A stretch of DNA of 64,000 bases, taken from a virus. The stretch spans positions 1-64,000 of the IMG/VR virus record IMGVR_UViG_3300037755_001279, one strand, 5' to 3'. Positions 35,717 through 44,423 of the stretch are shown piece after piece. Within the stretch, counting starts at the first letter, position 1. Each line of letters starts with the position of its first letter. The notes beneath the pieces are model-generated. The model was not told the DNA's origin and searched no databases. It saw only the letters and a program-made list of their open reading frames with translations. Position numbers and translations under genes: made by a program.

Positions 35717-37726
35717 ATGTCCAAGCCATTGACCACTGACGCGCTCGGCGCCGGATTTTCAGCTGACCCGTCGGCCGTTGGGTACGCCGCGCCGACGGGA
35801 TCGATCATCCCGCGGTTGGGAACGACCGAGATCTGGCAAAAGTTCGGCGCTGCTGCTACGGACTGGCAGCTGACCGGCGGCACGTCGCTCGACGGATTTA
35901 CCACGGTAGATAACACGGGCCTGGGCAACGCCGCCGGTGACTCAATCACGACCGGCGACCGGAACACGGTTATTGGCGTCAACGCCGGCACGGTGATCAC
36001 CACCGAGAACGACAACACTGCCGTAGGCAACAATGCGTTAGCAGCGAACGCTGCCGCTGGCAATACCGCGGTAGGTTCGGGCGCTGCGGATCTCAACACG
36101 AGCGCGACCGGTATCGTCGCTGTGGGCTTCAACGCGCTCGGTGCCAACCTGACCGGCGCGAACAACACTGCCATCGGTGTGAGTGCGCTACTGCTCGCGA
36201 CGGGCGCCGGTCACACGGCGGTCGGTGCCGGCGCGCTTGATGCGGTGACGACGAACACCAACTGCACGGCCGTTGGTCTCAATGCCCTCGGGCTCAATAC
36301 GGCCGCCAACAATACTGCTGTCGGAGCCGGCGCTGCGGACGCTGTTACCTCAGGCACAGGGCACACCGCCGTCGGAAGCGACGCCCTGGGTGCCATGTCG
36401 ACGGGCCTGGATGGCACCGCGGTCGGCTTCAACGCGCTCTTGCTGGCCACGGGCAACGGCAACACGGCGGTGGGCGCGCGTGCCGGCGACGCGATCTCGA
36501 CTGGCACGGCGCACACCGCGGTCGGCACCGATGCCCTGAGCGCGGTCACCACTAACAGCAACAGCACGGCGGTTGGAAACGGCGCGCTCCGGTTAGCGAC
36601 CGGCTCGCAAAATACGGCCGTCGGCGCGGCGGCCGGCGACGCAATCACAACGGGTGCGAGCAACGTCGCCGTGGGGTACAACGCCCTGGGCACGCTTAGC
36701 ACGAACGACGGCTGCACGGCGGTCGGCGAAAACGCGCTTGCTTCATGCACCGCCGCTGGCAACACGGCCGTCGGTCAGAGTGCTGGTGACTTGATCTCGA
36801 CCGGACAGCGGCACGTCGTCATGGGGCAGGACGCGCTCGGTTCCATGTCGACGAACAATGACTGCACGGCGATCGGATGGCAGTGTCTGCAGTCGGCTAG
36901 CGGTGGCAGCAACACGGCCGTTGGTGCAGCCGCACTACGAACGCTAACGTCGGGCACCGACTGTACAGCGATGGGACACAACGCGCTGGCGGTCAACACG
37001 GGCACCGGAAACACGGCCATCGGTTCAGCGTGCGCGGACGCAGTCACGACTGGCACCGGACATACGGCGATGGGGCACAATGCCCTCGGCACGATCAGTA
37101 GTGGCAGCAACTGTACGGCGATCGGGACCAGCGCGTTGCTCACCGCTACGGGCGGCGGCAACACGGCGGTCGGTAACACCGCCCTGGATGCCATCACCAC
37201 CGGCACGAACAACACCGGCATCGGCTTCGGTGTTGACGTCTCGGCGAACAACCGAACGGGCAGCATTGCCATCGGCATCAACACCGCCGGCACAGCAGCG
37301 AGCGCGACGGTCAACGACGGGCTCTTCTTTCATACGTCACTTGACGATCTTGCGCTTGCCGCGGCTGTCACCTACGACGCGGCGACGGGCCAGATGGGGC
37401 CTGTGACGTCGTCGGCGCGATGGAAAACCAACATCACCGATCTCGAACGCGGCGTCAGCGAAAAACTATGGCAGCTGCGCCCCGTGTCATACGACAAGGT
37501 GGTCGTGGAAGGAAAGCAGTCGGTGCCGCGGCAGTTCGGCCTCATCGCTGAAGAGGTGGCCGAAATCCTTCCTGAGATCGTCCCGCGGGATGGCCTTGGG
37601 CTGCCGTACTCGGTCGACTATAGCCGGCTGGTCGTCTTGGTGCTCACCGAGATGCGCCAGCTGCGTAATCGGGTCGCTGAGCTTGAAGCTCGGCTGGGTC
37701 TTGAGATCGGGCACGCGATCCGCTAA
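35717..37726 (+). CDS. Trimeric spike/fibre with about 14-aa NTAVGxxAL repeats and C-terminal S74 intramolecular chaperone
   Basis: More than 30 repeats; SSARWKTNI...LRPVSY...GLIAEEV...VDYSRL and terminal coiled coil. Confidence 0.85.
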   Translation: MSKPLTTDALGAGFSADPSAVGYAAPTGSIIPRLGTTEIWQKFGAAATDWQLTGGTSLDGFTTVDNTGLGNAAGDSITTGDRNTVIGVNAGTVITTENDNTAVGNNALAANAAAGNTAVGSGAADLNTSATGIVAVGFNALGANLTGANNTAIGVSALLLATGAGHTAVGAGALDAVTTNTNCTAVGLNALGLNTAANNTAVGAGAADAVTSGTGHTAVGSDALGAMSTGLDGTAVGFNALLLATGNGNTAVGARAGDAISTGTAHTAVGTDALSAVTTNSNSTAVGNGALRLATGSQNTAVGAAAGDAITTGASNVAVGYNALGTLSTNDGCTAVGENALASCTAAGNTAVGQSAGDLISTGQRHVVMGQDALGSMSTNNDCTAIGWQCLQSASGGSNTAVGAAALRTLTSGTDCTAMGHNALAVNTGTGNTAIGSACADAVTTGTGHTAMGHNALGTISSGSNCTAIGTSALLTATGGGNTAVGNTALDAITTGTNNTGIGFGVDVSANNRTGSIAIGINTAGTAASATVNDGLFFHTSLDDLALAAAVTYDAATGQMGPVTSSARWKTNITDLERGVSEKLWQLRPVSYDKVVVEGKQSVPRQFGLIAEEVAEILPEIVPRDGLGLPYSVDYSRLVVLVLTEMRQLRNRVAELEARLGLEIGHAIR

Positions 37727-37784
37727 GCTCCGGGGGAGCCTTGGGCCTTGACCTGGGGCCCAACCCTCACACGGAGCACGACCC

Positions 37785-38255
37785 ATGGCCCTGACCGCCA
37801 CCCTTGTCAACGTGACCGCCAACGAGCTGGTCTACCTGATCGTCAACGCTGCCACCCTCGGCACCACGGCAACCATCCCGGCCACGGGCGGTGCCACGCC
37901 GGATCTCGCGACCGACTGCGTCACCAACACCTGGGGCCGGGCCGCGTGCTCGAAGCTCCGCAAGGTTTGCCGCGCCGGCCTCGATGGGCTCGGTGCGCAG
38001 GCTGCCGGCGGCTGGATCCAGGCCGAGGCCCGCGACCTGCTCCTGGGCAACGGTGCCACGCAGGCAGGCTCGCCGCTCATGCCGCGCGCTGAGATCGACC
38101 TGCAGCCACTGTCTGGCGTCGCTGGTGGTGCGCTGGCCGAGGCTGACGTCGATGTCGACGCCGGCGGCATCCCGGAGATCAACCTCACCGCCGTTGCGGT
38201 GGCGGGCGAGTGCATCATGCGTATCCGCCTGCGCTCGACGCCCGGCGTGAAGTGA
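37785..38255 (+). CDS. Putative virion protein
   Basis: GGAG RBS, biased codons, in spike operon. Confidence 0.65.
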   Translation: MALTATLVNVTANELVYLIVNAATLGTTATIPATGGATPDLATDCVTNTWGRAACSKLRKVCRAGLDGLGAQAAGGWIQAEARDLLLGNGATQAGSPLMPRAEIDLQPLSGVAGGALAEADVDVDAGGIPEINLTAVAVAGECIMRIRLRSTPGVK

Positions 38256-38268
38256 TGCGCCTGCTGGC

Positions 38269-38652
38269 CTAGCGCCGGCGTTTGGTCTTCGAAGCCGCCC
38301 GCTCGGGCGGCTTTTTGTGTTTGACCGGGACCTCGCTGAAGTGCCTGTGGAACGACGTGTGGTCGTACACGCCGCGGTGCACCCCTTCGGGGATGATCCA
38401 GTAGCCCGATTTCAGGCCGTACCCGCGCGATTGCACGTCGTCCCACCAATAGAATGAAAAGCCGTCGCGGTGTAGATTCATCACCTCTTGGTCGGCCTGC
38501 GCCCGTCGCATTCGATGCAATGTCGATTCGTTCAGGTAGTTGCACTCCGGCGGAGATGCCCACGTTTCATGAACGCGTGCGGGCCATGGTTTGACGTCGA
38601 CGATGAACTGCACCGCCTTGATGCGTGTCGTGACGTAGACGACGCGGCTCAT
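38269..38652 (-). CDS. Hypothetical protein
   Basis: ATGA overlap with glycosyltransferase. Confidence 0.55.
   Translation of the reverse strand: MSRVVYVTTRIKAVQFIVDVKPWPARVHETWASPPECNYLNESTLHRMRRAQADQEVMNLHRDGFSFYWWDDVQSRGYGLKSGYWIIPEGVHRGVYDHTSFHRHFSEVPVKHKKPPERAASKTKRRR
38292..38317 (+). terminator. Rho-independent terminator ending spike operon
   Basis: GCCGCCC-GCTC-GGGCGGC-TTTTT. Confidence 0.7.
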
Positions 38653-39464
38653 TTCGGCAGCCACGCCGGCACCGCGGCTTCGTACGCGCGCAACGTCGGC
38701 TCACCGATGATCTTGGCGGCGGCGGCGCGCCCGCCGACTAGCTTGAATTCGACCGGGCCATCGAACACCGTACCGTCGGCGTCGTCGACTTTGAACGGCC
38801 GCGCCATCGTCGCGTTTGTGCCGTGGATCATGGCGACGTATCCGAAGTCGACGGTGTGTACCGTCGCGCCGTCGATGACATGGCGGACGATCCAGTCGCC
38901 GACGTTGCCCGGATCCGGCTTGCCGTCGTACCGCGGTATCAGGCGGAATGGTTGCTGTTCCCACAACGCGCGCCGGAACGCCGACGCGCCGTCCACCACG
39001 TGCGCCGGCGTGGTGAACTTGACCAGGCGGCGCTTGTCACCGATCAGCTCATGGTAGTGGATCATCGGCGGCCCGATGATGTCGAAGGCGTCGAGGTCGT
39101 TGATCGCCGTGGCTGTGACGGCAATGCGATCCGGCGCCGACCAGTCGTCGTCGTCCCACAGCATCACCCACGGCGCCTTGGCTTTGTCGATCGCCGCGTT
39201 CTGTTTGGCGGTGATGCTGTCCCACGGACCGTAGATGACCTCGCGCGGCACGCCGCTGTCCACGATGAGCTTGGCCTCGTCGAGGGTCAGGCTGCCGCCA
39301 TCGTCCATCGCGATGATCAGTTCGATGGGCGGTCGGTCCTGCTGCTTGAACAGGCACTCCAGCGCCAACTTTCGCAGGGCGGCGCGTGACGGCATGGTCA
39401 GCATCACGACTGAAATCAATGGCTTGCGCACGGCATCGTGCGCCGGCAGTGAAGCATTGGTCAT
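38649..39464 (-). CDS. Family 2 glycosyltransferase
   Basis: PLISVVMLT...IIAMDD...KQNAAI...WDDDDW. Confidence 0.85.
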   Translation of the reverse strand: MTNASLPAHDAVRKPLISVVMLTMPSRAALRKLALECLFKQQDRPPIELIIAMDDGGSLTLDEAKLIVDSGVPREVIYGPWDSITAKQNAAIDKAKAPWVMLWDDDDWSAPDRIAVTATAINDLDAFDIIGPPMIHYHELIGDKRRLVKFTTPAHVVDGASAFRRALWEQQPFRLIPRYDGKPDPGNVGDWIVRHVIDGATVHTVDFGYVAMIHGTNATMARPFKVDDADGTVFDGPVEFKLVGGRAAAAKIIGEPTLRAYEAAVPAWLPK

Positions 39465-39470
39465 GTCGTT

Positions 39471-39526
39471 TCCGTAACATGCCCCTCCGACGTGTCGGAG
39501 GGTCGTGCTAGCTTCGCGTCTGCGAA
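39471..39526. promoter_or_regulatory. Back-to-back GTCGGA promoters with TTCGC-N4-GCGAA operator
   Basis: Palindrome CCCTCCGAC-GT-GTCGGAGGG, each arm followed by TG-n-[-10]. Confidence 0.7.
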
Positions 39527-39984
39527 TGCCCGAACCTGTAAAATGTGACGGCTGCGGCGCTGTCGGTGTGCGCGGGCTGCGGTACCCCTGCCCCACAGAT
39601 TGGTTCTATGCGCACGTCGTCGTGGAGGATCTCGACGTTGGTGCGAACGGTGGCCCGTCCACGGTCGTCATCTATGCGTGCGCCGAGGCGTGCCAGAAGC
39701 TGATCTGGCAGCGGGGGCCTGGTCCACAGATCCCCGGCGCCGACAAGTACATCGAGCGGCTGCGCGGCACGTATGCCGAGCCGTTGCCGGCGGCGCCGTC
39801 GCCGTTGACGGCCGCGCCAGCTGGGAAACTCACGCTGGCGTTCCACGGCCAACCCGTCATGAACGCCGCAGGCGACGTCATCGGTTACCTGAAGCCGCCA
39901 CCGCCAGCGCCGTGTTTGGTGCAGGAAGGCAACTGCAAGGCCTGGAACTGCCCGACGCACGGCAATCTGTCCGGTGACGGCTGA
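39526..39984 (+). CDS. Cys-containing hypothetical protein
   Basis: CDGC...CAEAC, C-terminal CPTHG. Confidence 0.6.
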   Translation: MPEPVKCDGCGAVGVRGLRYPCPTDWFYAHVVVEDLDVGANGGPSTVVIYACAEACQKLIWQRGPGPQIPGADKYIERLRGTYAEPLPAAPSPLTAAPAGKLTLAFHGQPVMNAAGDVIGYLKPPPPAPCLVQEGNCKAWNCPTHGNLSGDG

Positions 39985-40274
39985 TGTCGGGCGTCAAGAT
40001 CCCGCGGATCAATGATCGTGTGTTCGTCTTCAATGTCAACAAGTCGAATGCCGCAGCGCCGTACGCAGCGATCGTCACGGGTTCATGCACCGAGTGGACG
40101 GTGATGGCCATGCCGCTGGCCATCTTCATGCCCGATAGCTACGCGGCCATCGGCTATGTGCAAGACTCGGCGCTCGACAAGATCAATTTCGGAACGTTGC
40201 CGCACCGAACGCTGCGCGATCCCGCCAACCACGGCCCGCTGGTGTGGGACTGGCAGCCGACGGCGTCGGAATGA
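39984..40274 (+). CDS. Hypothetical protein
   Basis: TGATG coupling. Confidence 0.55.
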   Translation: MSGVKIPRINDRVFVFNVNKSNAAAPYAAIVTGSCTEWTVMAMPLAIFMPDSYAAIGYVQDSALDKINFGTLPHRTLRDPANHGPLVWDWQPTASE

Positions 40275-40768
40275 CGCAGCCGCCGCAAGACGTGATCGAC
40301 GTCGCCGTCATCATGGCGCGGCAGTCGCCGTGCGCCAAGAGCAAACGCGGCGTGGCGTTGTACATCGACGATGTCATCTTCGCAGGTGGTTTCAACGGGC
40401 CGCCAGGCGACGAACGCTGCCTGATGGACGCGTGGTGCCGCGCGGTGTGCGCCGATCGCTGTTCGCACGCTGAGGCACGTGCGATCCGCAATTCCGGGCT
40501 GCACACGTTCGTTCGCGCAACCGCTGTACACGTCAAGCTCGATGGTGACGACAAGCTCGTAGCTGGTGGTCCGCCGTCGTGCCGGCCGTGCGCACGTGAC
40601 GTGTTGGACATCCAGCTTGCCGGGTTCTGGTTGTACGAAGCGGACAAGCGCAAGACGATTGCCGATCCGACGGCACGCACGTGGCGCCTTTACACGGCAC
40701 GGGAATTCTACGATGCGACGATGAAGAACGCGCCGCTGCCGAAATCGTACGAGAGGGAATGGCCGTGA
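40271..40768 (+). CDS. dCMP/cytidine deaminase-family protein
   Basis: SPCAKSKRG...GFNGPP...HAE...SCRPC. Confidence 0.8.
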   Translation: MTQPPQDVIDVAVIMARQSPCAKSKRGVALYIDDVIFAGGFNGPPGDERCLMDAWCRAVCADRCSHAEARAIRNSGLHTFVRATAVHVKLDGDDKLVAGGPPSCRPCARDVLDIQLAGFWLYEADKRKTIADPTARTWRLYTAREFYDATMKNAPLPKSYEREWP

Positions 40769-41346
40769 TCGAAGCAACCGAAGCGATCAAACCGGCGTGC
40801 CTCAATTGCAAGACGCCGATCGAAGGCGGCGTGGTGTGCCGTGACCACCTGGCGTGGTTCGTCGAGCGGGCGAGCTTCAGCGTGCGCATGGACCCACAGG
40901 ACCCGAACGTGGTCCTCACGGAGTACCGGCGCGTGAACGCGCCGTTGCGCGGGTACCACGTCACCGGCGACGCGGCGCTGGTGGCGCTCACCCATTTCTG
41001 CATCCACTACCTGCACGGCATCGGCGTCTTGCCCGACGATTTTGCGTTTGGGCTCGTCGAGAGCCTTGGACCGCAACCGGAGACCGACGCGTTGCCGTGG
41101 GCTGCATCCGTCGATCTGCCGACGACCGACCCGTCGGTGTCGCCGACTTGTGAGCATGACAAGTATCCCGGCAAGTACCTCGTTGACGGGTCTGCCGCGG
41201 CCGCACCGGACGACAAGCTGCCACCCAAGCCAAAGCGCGGTCGCCCCAAAGATTCGCCCGTGCGTCTCGTGTCATCATCCATGGGCGACACCGTTGCGGT
41301 GATGCCCGACGATGATGACGACGACCAGACCAAGGAACCGCCGTGA
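40759..41346 (+). CDS. Hypothetical protein with AT-hook-like KRGRPK
   Basis: CLNC...CRDH, PKRGRPK. Confidence 0.55.
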   Translation: MAVIEATEAIKPACLNCKTPIEGGVVCRDHLAWFVERASFSVRMDPQDPNVVLTEYRRVNAPLRGYHVTGDAALVALTHFCIHYLHGIGVLPDDFAFGLVESLGPQPETDALPWAASVDLPTTDPSVSPTCEHDKYPGKYLVDGSAAAAPDDKLPPKPKRGRPKDSPVRLVSSSMGDTVAVMPDDDDDDQTKEPP

Positions 41347-41657
41347 CCAAACCAAAAAAGGAGACCCTCAAGCGCGCCCGGATCACCGGCAAGCAGATCG
41401 CAGGCCTACGCGCGCGGATGTACCTCAACGTGCAGGAATTTGCGGGCGCGCTCGGTGTGCACGCCAGCAGCGTTTACCGCTGGGAAGCGACGGCGCGGCC
41501 TGCGTTGCGGCCATCGATGCAAGCGATCATTGAGCGGCTGCTGAAGCTCGACGACGATCACCTGAAGCTCGCCGGTGAGGCGATCAAGCTCGCGCTCGCG
41601 GCCGAGCAAACGGATCAGCTGCAGGTGATGCAGCGGACGCTGGCTGCGGTGGCGTGA
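41343..41657 (+). CDS. Cro/XRE-family HTH regulator
   Basis: IAGLRARMYLNVQEFAGALGVHASSVYRWE. Confidence 0.85.
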   Translation: MTKPKKETLKRARITGKQIAGLRARMYLNVQEFAGALGVHASSVYRWEATARPALRPSMQAIIERLLKLDDDHLKLAGEAIKLALAAEQTDQLQVMQRTLAAVA

Positions 41658-41807
41658 TTTACACCGTCGATCGTCACGACCGCTAACCGGGCTATTCCTC
41701 GTTGGTGGCGATAGCCCGTATGGTCGCGTTCGCGCCGCTGAGCTTTTGCCGTTGCTGAACGTGTCAGGTCGTGACGTTGATGACTTCGAGATCGTCGAAG
41801 TCCCTGA

Positions 41808-42089
41808 CTAATCCTCGCCGGGGATCTCGCCGTCCTTGTGCGACAAGATGTACTGCTGCAGGAACGTCTCGAAGGCTCGCTTGAATTCGCCCGTGCCGAC
41901 ACGGAAGCCTTCGCCCCAGCCGGCCTCGAACGGGTCGTGTGCGCCGCCGTGCAGCCGCTGATCGATCAGCAGCCGCAGGTATTGGCTGACCGAGACCTCT
42001 TCGCCGGTGGCCTGCTTGAGCGCCTCACGGTCGTGGTCGACCTTGTGGCCGGTTTCCTCGTCTACCTGGACTGAAAAAATGCGGGGCAC
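41808..42089 (-). CDS. Ribbon-helix-helix-like regulator
   Basis: RIFSVQVDEET...SVSQYLRLLIDQRL. Confidence 0.6.
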   Translation of the reverse strand: MPRIFSVQVDEETGHKVDHDREALKQATGEEVSVSQYLRLLIDQRLHGGAHDPFEAGWGEGFRVGTGEFKRAFETFLQQYILSHKDGEIPGED

Positions 42090-42169
42090 GTGGAGCTTTC
42101 GACAGAGCCTGGGCGGAGCTTTGCGCACCCCAACGTATCGCCGCGCGCCGCCGGCGCCAAGGGGATCCG

Positions 42170-42495
42170 GCACGCGATCTCCGACGGTGGACCGTCGAAG
42201 ATCCGAATTCGGGGGATTCGAACATGCGAAAGGGTCCGAATCGACGTCGAATCCGGGACCTATGAGCGCCGCGCTGATTCGGAAAGCATCCGAAAAATGG
42301 CCTGTATTATCCGATAGTTATACGATAAATCCACGGGTTTCATTCGAGAATCCACCGGTTTTACCGAATGAAATCCGATACTTGGACCACTAATCCACGG
42401 GTTACCATCACCCGTGAAACCCTCGGATCTGGCACTGGAGAACCAACTAAGAATCGAATAAATTCGCATAGTTACGGCTTTTAGCGAAGTACCGA
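42170..42495. repeat. AT-richer non-coding junction with short repeats (possible origin or genome-end junction)
   Basis: AATCCAC[G/C]GGTT at 42328, 42349, 42392; several ATCCGA. Confidence 0.6.
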
Positions 42496-42496
42496 C

Positions 42497-42562
42497 TTGT
42501 GCTTTGGCTTGTCAGGCCTCATGATGGTTCTTGCCCGGCACTTTCCACCCCGGGCAGGAAGG
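42497..42562 (+). promoter_or_regulatory. Promoter TTGTGC-17-CATGAT, leader hairpin, RBS
   Basis: Hairpin GCCCGG-11nt-CCGGGC conserved at 46229 and 52009. Confidence 0.7.
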
Positions 42563-42572
42563 CACGAACCCA

Positions 42573-44423
42573 ATGGACACCGGAGCCGACGACGACCTTT
42601 TCGACATGCGCGGATCAGCCCCCTCGGATCCCCGCTTTCGCGCACTGACGCCCCCGGGGGGCGTCCCGTCGCCCTGGCTCTCGCCGCCGTCGGCGGCGCA
42701 GCTGCCCGGCGAGATCACCCTGCCCGCGGCACGTGCCGAGCGCGTCGCCCTGGGGCTATTCATCGCCGCGTTCCTGCGCGCCATGTGGTTCACCTGGGGT
42801 GCGCTCGCCGAGCGCGCTCGCATGGCGCCCGTGGCAGCGCCCGTGACGGCGCCCGCGCCCGCCGCCTTGCCGCCGGTGGTGGCGCCCGTGGTGGCGCCCG
42901 TCGTCGACTCGGCGCCCGTGCGCACCGACCTGTACATCCGCGCGCTGCCGGACGGCACGCTAGCACTCGTCGCTCCGTACATCCGCGGCGCCGACGGCTA
43001 CACGGCGCGCCCTGCACTCAAGGCCGCCACCGGAGCCGAGTTTCTGCGTGGTACACCGACGCTGCGTGCTGCCGGCCTCACCGAGGCGTGGGTGGTGCCC
43101 GCGGGTGGCCTTGCCGCTGCTCGTGCATGGCTCATGCAGTGGTTTGGCTACAGCGGCGGCTCGGTGCAGGGCACCACGGCCAGCCTGACGGACGCGCCCG
43201 CGGCACCCGCCGTGGCGCCCGTGCCCACGGCTAGCGAGCGCCAGGCAATCCCCGCCGCTACGATCACAGCGGCCGTGGTGTCAGCCGATGCCACCTCCGC
43301 CGCCATCATCGAGCGCGCGCGCAGCCGCCGCGCCGCGACTCCGCCGCCCGTCGCGGCGGGCAACGCAGCGCTTGCCGCGCTCGATGCCGCGCTCGGCGGT
43401 AACACCATGCTGACGGAAACCCGCGCCGATGTCGGCGAGGTCAACGGCGCCACCCTACGTGCCGGTGAGCTAGTCGCCGGTGCCCGCACCGACGGTCAAG
43501 GTGTGCTCGTCGGCTGGACCGGCCGTAAGGAGCGCACGCGGTCGCAGATCATCGCGGCGCTTGCCGCCGCGGGTGCCCCGTCGGATTGGGCGCCGAAGAG
43601 CAAGAGCGCCCATGCCCACGCTGGTAACGCCGTCATGCGGCTCAGCCGTGAGGGCCTCATCCCGCGCATGGCGCGCGACGTCAACGCCGACGATCGCCGC
43701 CGCGGTGTCGCCGCCCGTTGGATCGTCGGCCGCGCCAACTTCACCGGTGATGTCGGCGATGCCATGGGGCGGATCGCCCTGACGGCCGAGCTGGTCAACA
43801 GTGACCTCCGGCTTGACGGTGACCCGGCGCTTTGCGCCGAAGTCCGCGAGGAGTACAACCGCCGTGCGGACGCGGACGTGTACGGCGCCGCGGACGTGAC
43901 GGCGTGGTTGTCCGGCGTGCTGCGCGAGCATCTCGGCGCCGTGCGGCTGGCACAAGCGTGGTACGTGCGGAATCAGCACGCCACGGTGGCCGAGCGCCTC
44001 TGTCAGGTCATCGCGGACGGCGACAAGTCGATCGCGCTCACCGGGTGGGGGTGTGACTGGCTTCTGCCCGCGCTGCCGGTGGCGACCAGCAAGCAACTCC
44101 GTACGGGCCTGGCCCGCGGGTTCATCACCGAGGCGACCGACGTGCTCGACGAGCTGGAAGCGGCGCAAAAGGTCGCCCGCGATGCCGGCCGCACGGGCAT
44201 CGGCACCCGCGCCGCGGCGACCTTGCTCGGCAAGTTGCGCACGGTCAGCGAGCGCGCCGCGCAGTACATGACGATCCTCGGGGCGGAAGCGCTCGGCGAC
44301 ATCAGGGTTCAGATCCGGGCGGCGCTCGACGTTGTCGAGCCGCTCTGTGATGACACTTCGCAGCGCGGCGCTCTGCTGGAATTGGACGACGCGCCGCGCG
44401 ATTCCGGCGCGCGCCGCGACTAG
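42573..44423 (+). CDS. First early-region protein (C-terminal half reminiscent of DUF6744-type phage proteins)
   Basis: AGGAAGG RBS; long ORF; family guess weak. Confidence 0.7.
   Translation: MDTGADDDLFDMRGSAPSDPRFRALTPPGGVPSPWLSPPSAAQLPGEITLPAARAERVALGLFIAAFLRAMWFTWGALAERARMAPVAAPVTAPAPAALPPVVAPVVAPVVDSAPVRTDLYIRALPDGTLALVAPYIRGADGYTARPALKAATGAEFLRGTPTLRAAGLTEAWVVPAGGLAAARAWLMQWFGYSGGSVQGTTASLTDAPAAPAVAPVPTASERQAIPAATITAAVVSADATSAAIIERARSRRAATPPPVAAGNAALAALDAALGGNTMLTETRADVGEVNGATLRAGELVAGARTDGQGVLVGWTGRKERTRSQIIAALAAAGAPSDWAPKSKSAHAHAGNAVMRLSREGLIPRMARDVNADDRRRGVAARWIVGRANFTGDVGDAMGRIALTAELVNSDLRLDGDPALCAEVREEYNRRADADVYGAADVTAWLSGVLREHLGAVRLAQAWYVRNQHATVAERLCQVIADGDKSIALTGWGCDWLLPALPVATSKQLRTGLARGFITEATDVLDELEAAQKVARDAGRTGIGTRAAATLLGKLRTVSERAAQYMTILGAEALGDIRVQIRAALDVVEPLCDDTSQRGALLELDDAPRDSGARRD

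Noticed and set aside
35900-37290. Regularly spaced ACGGCGGTCGG-like repeats resembling a CRISPR or tandem array
   Set aside because: They encode in-frame NTAVG protein repeats with synonymous variation; no cas genes
42007-42469. Short ORFs across the AT-richer junction
   Set aside because: No RBS or codon bias; the repeat structure suggests non-coding DNA
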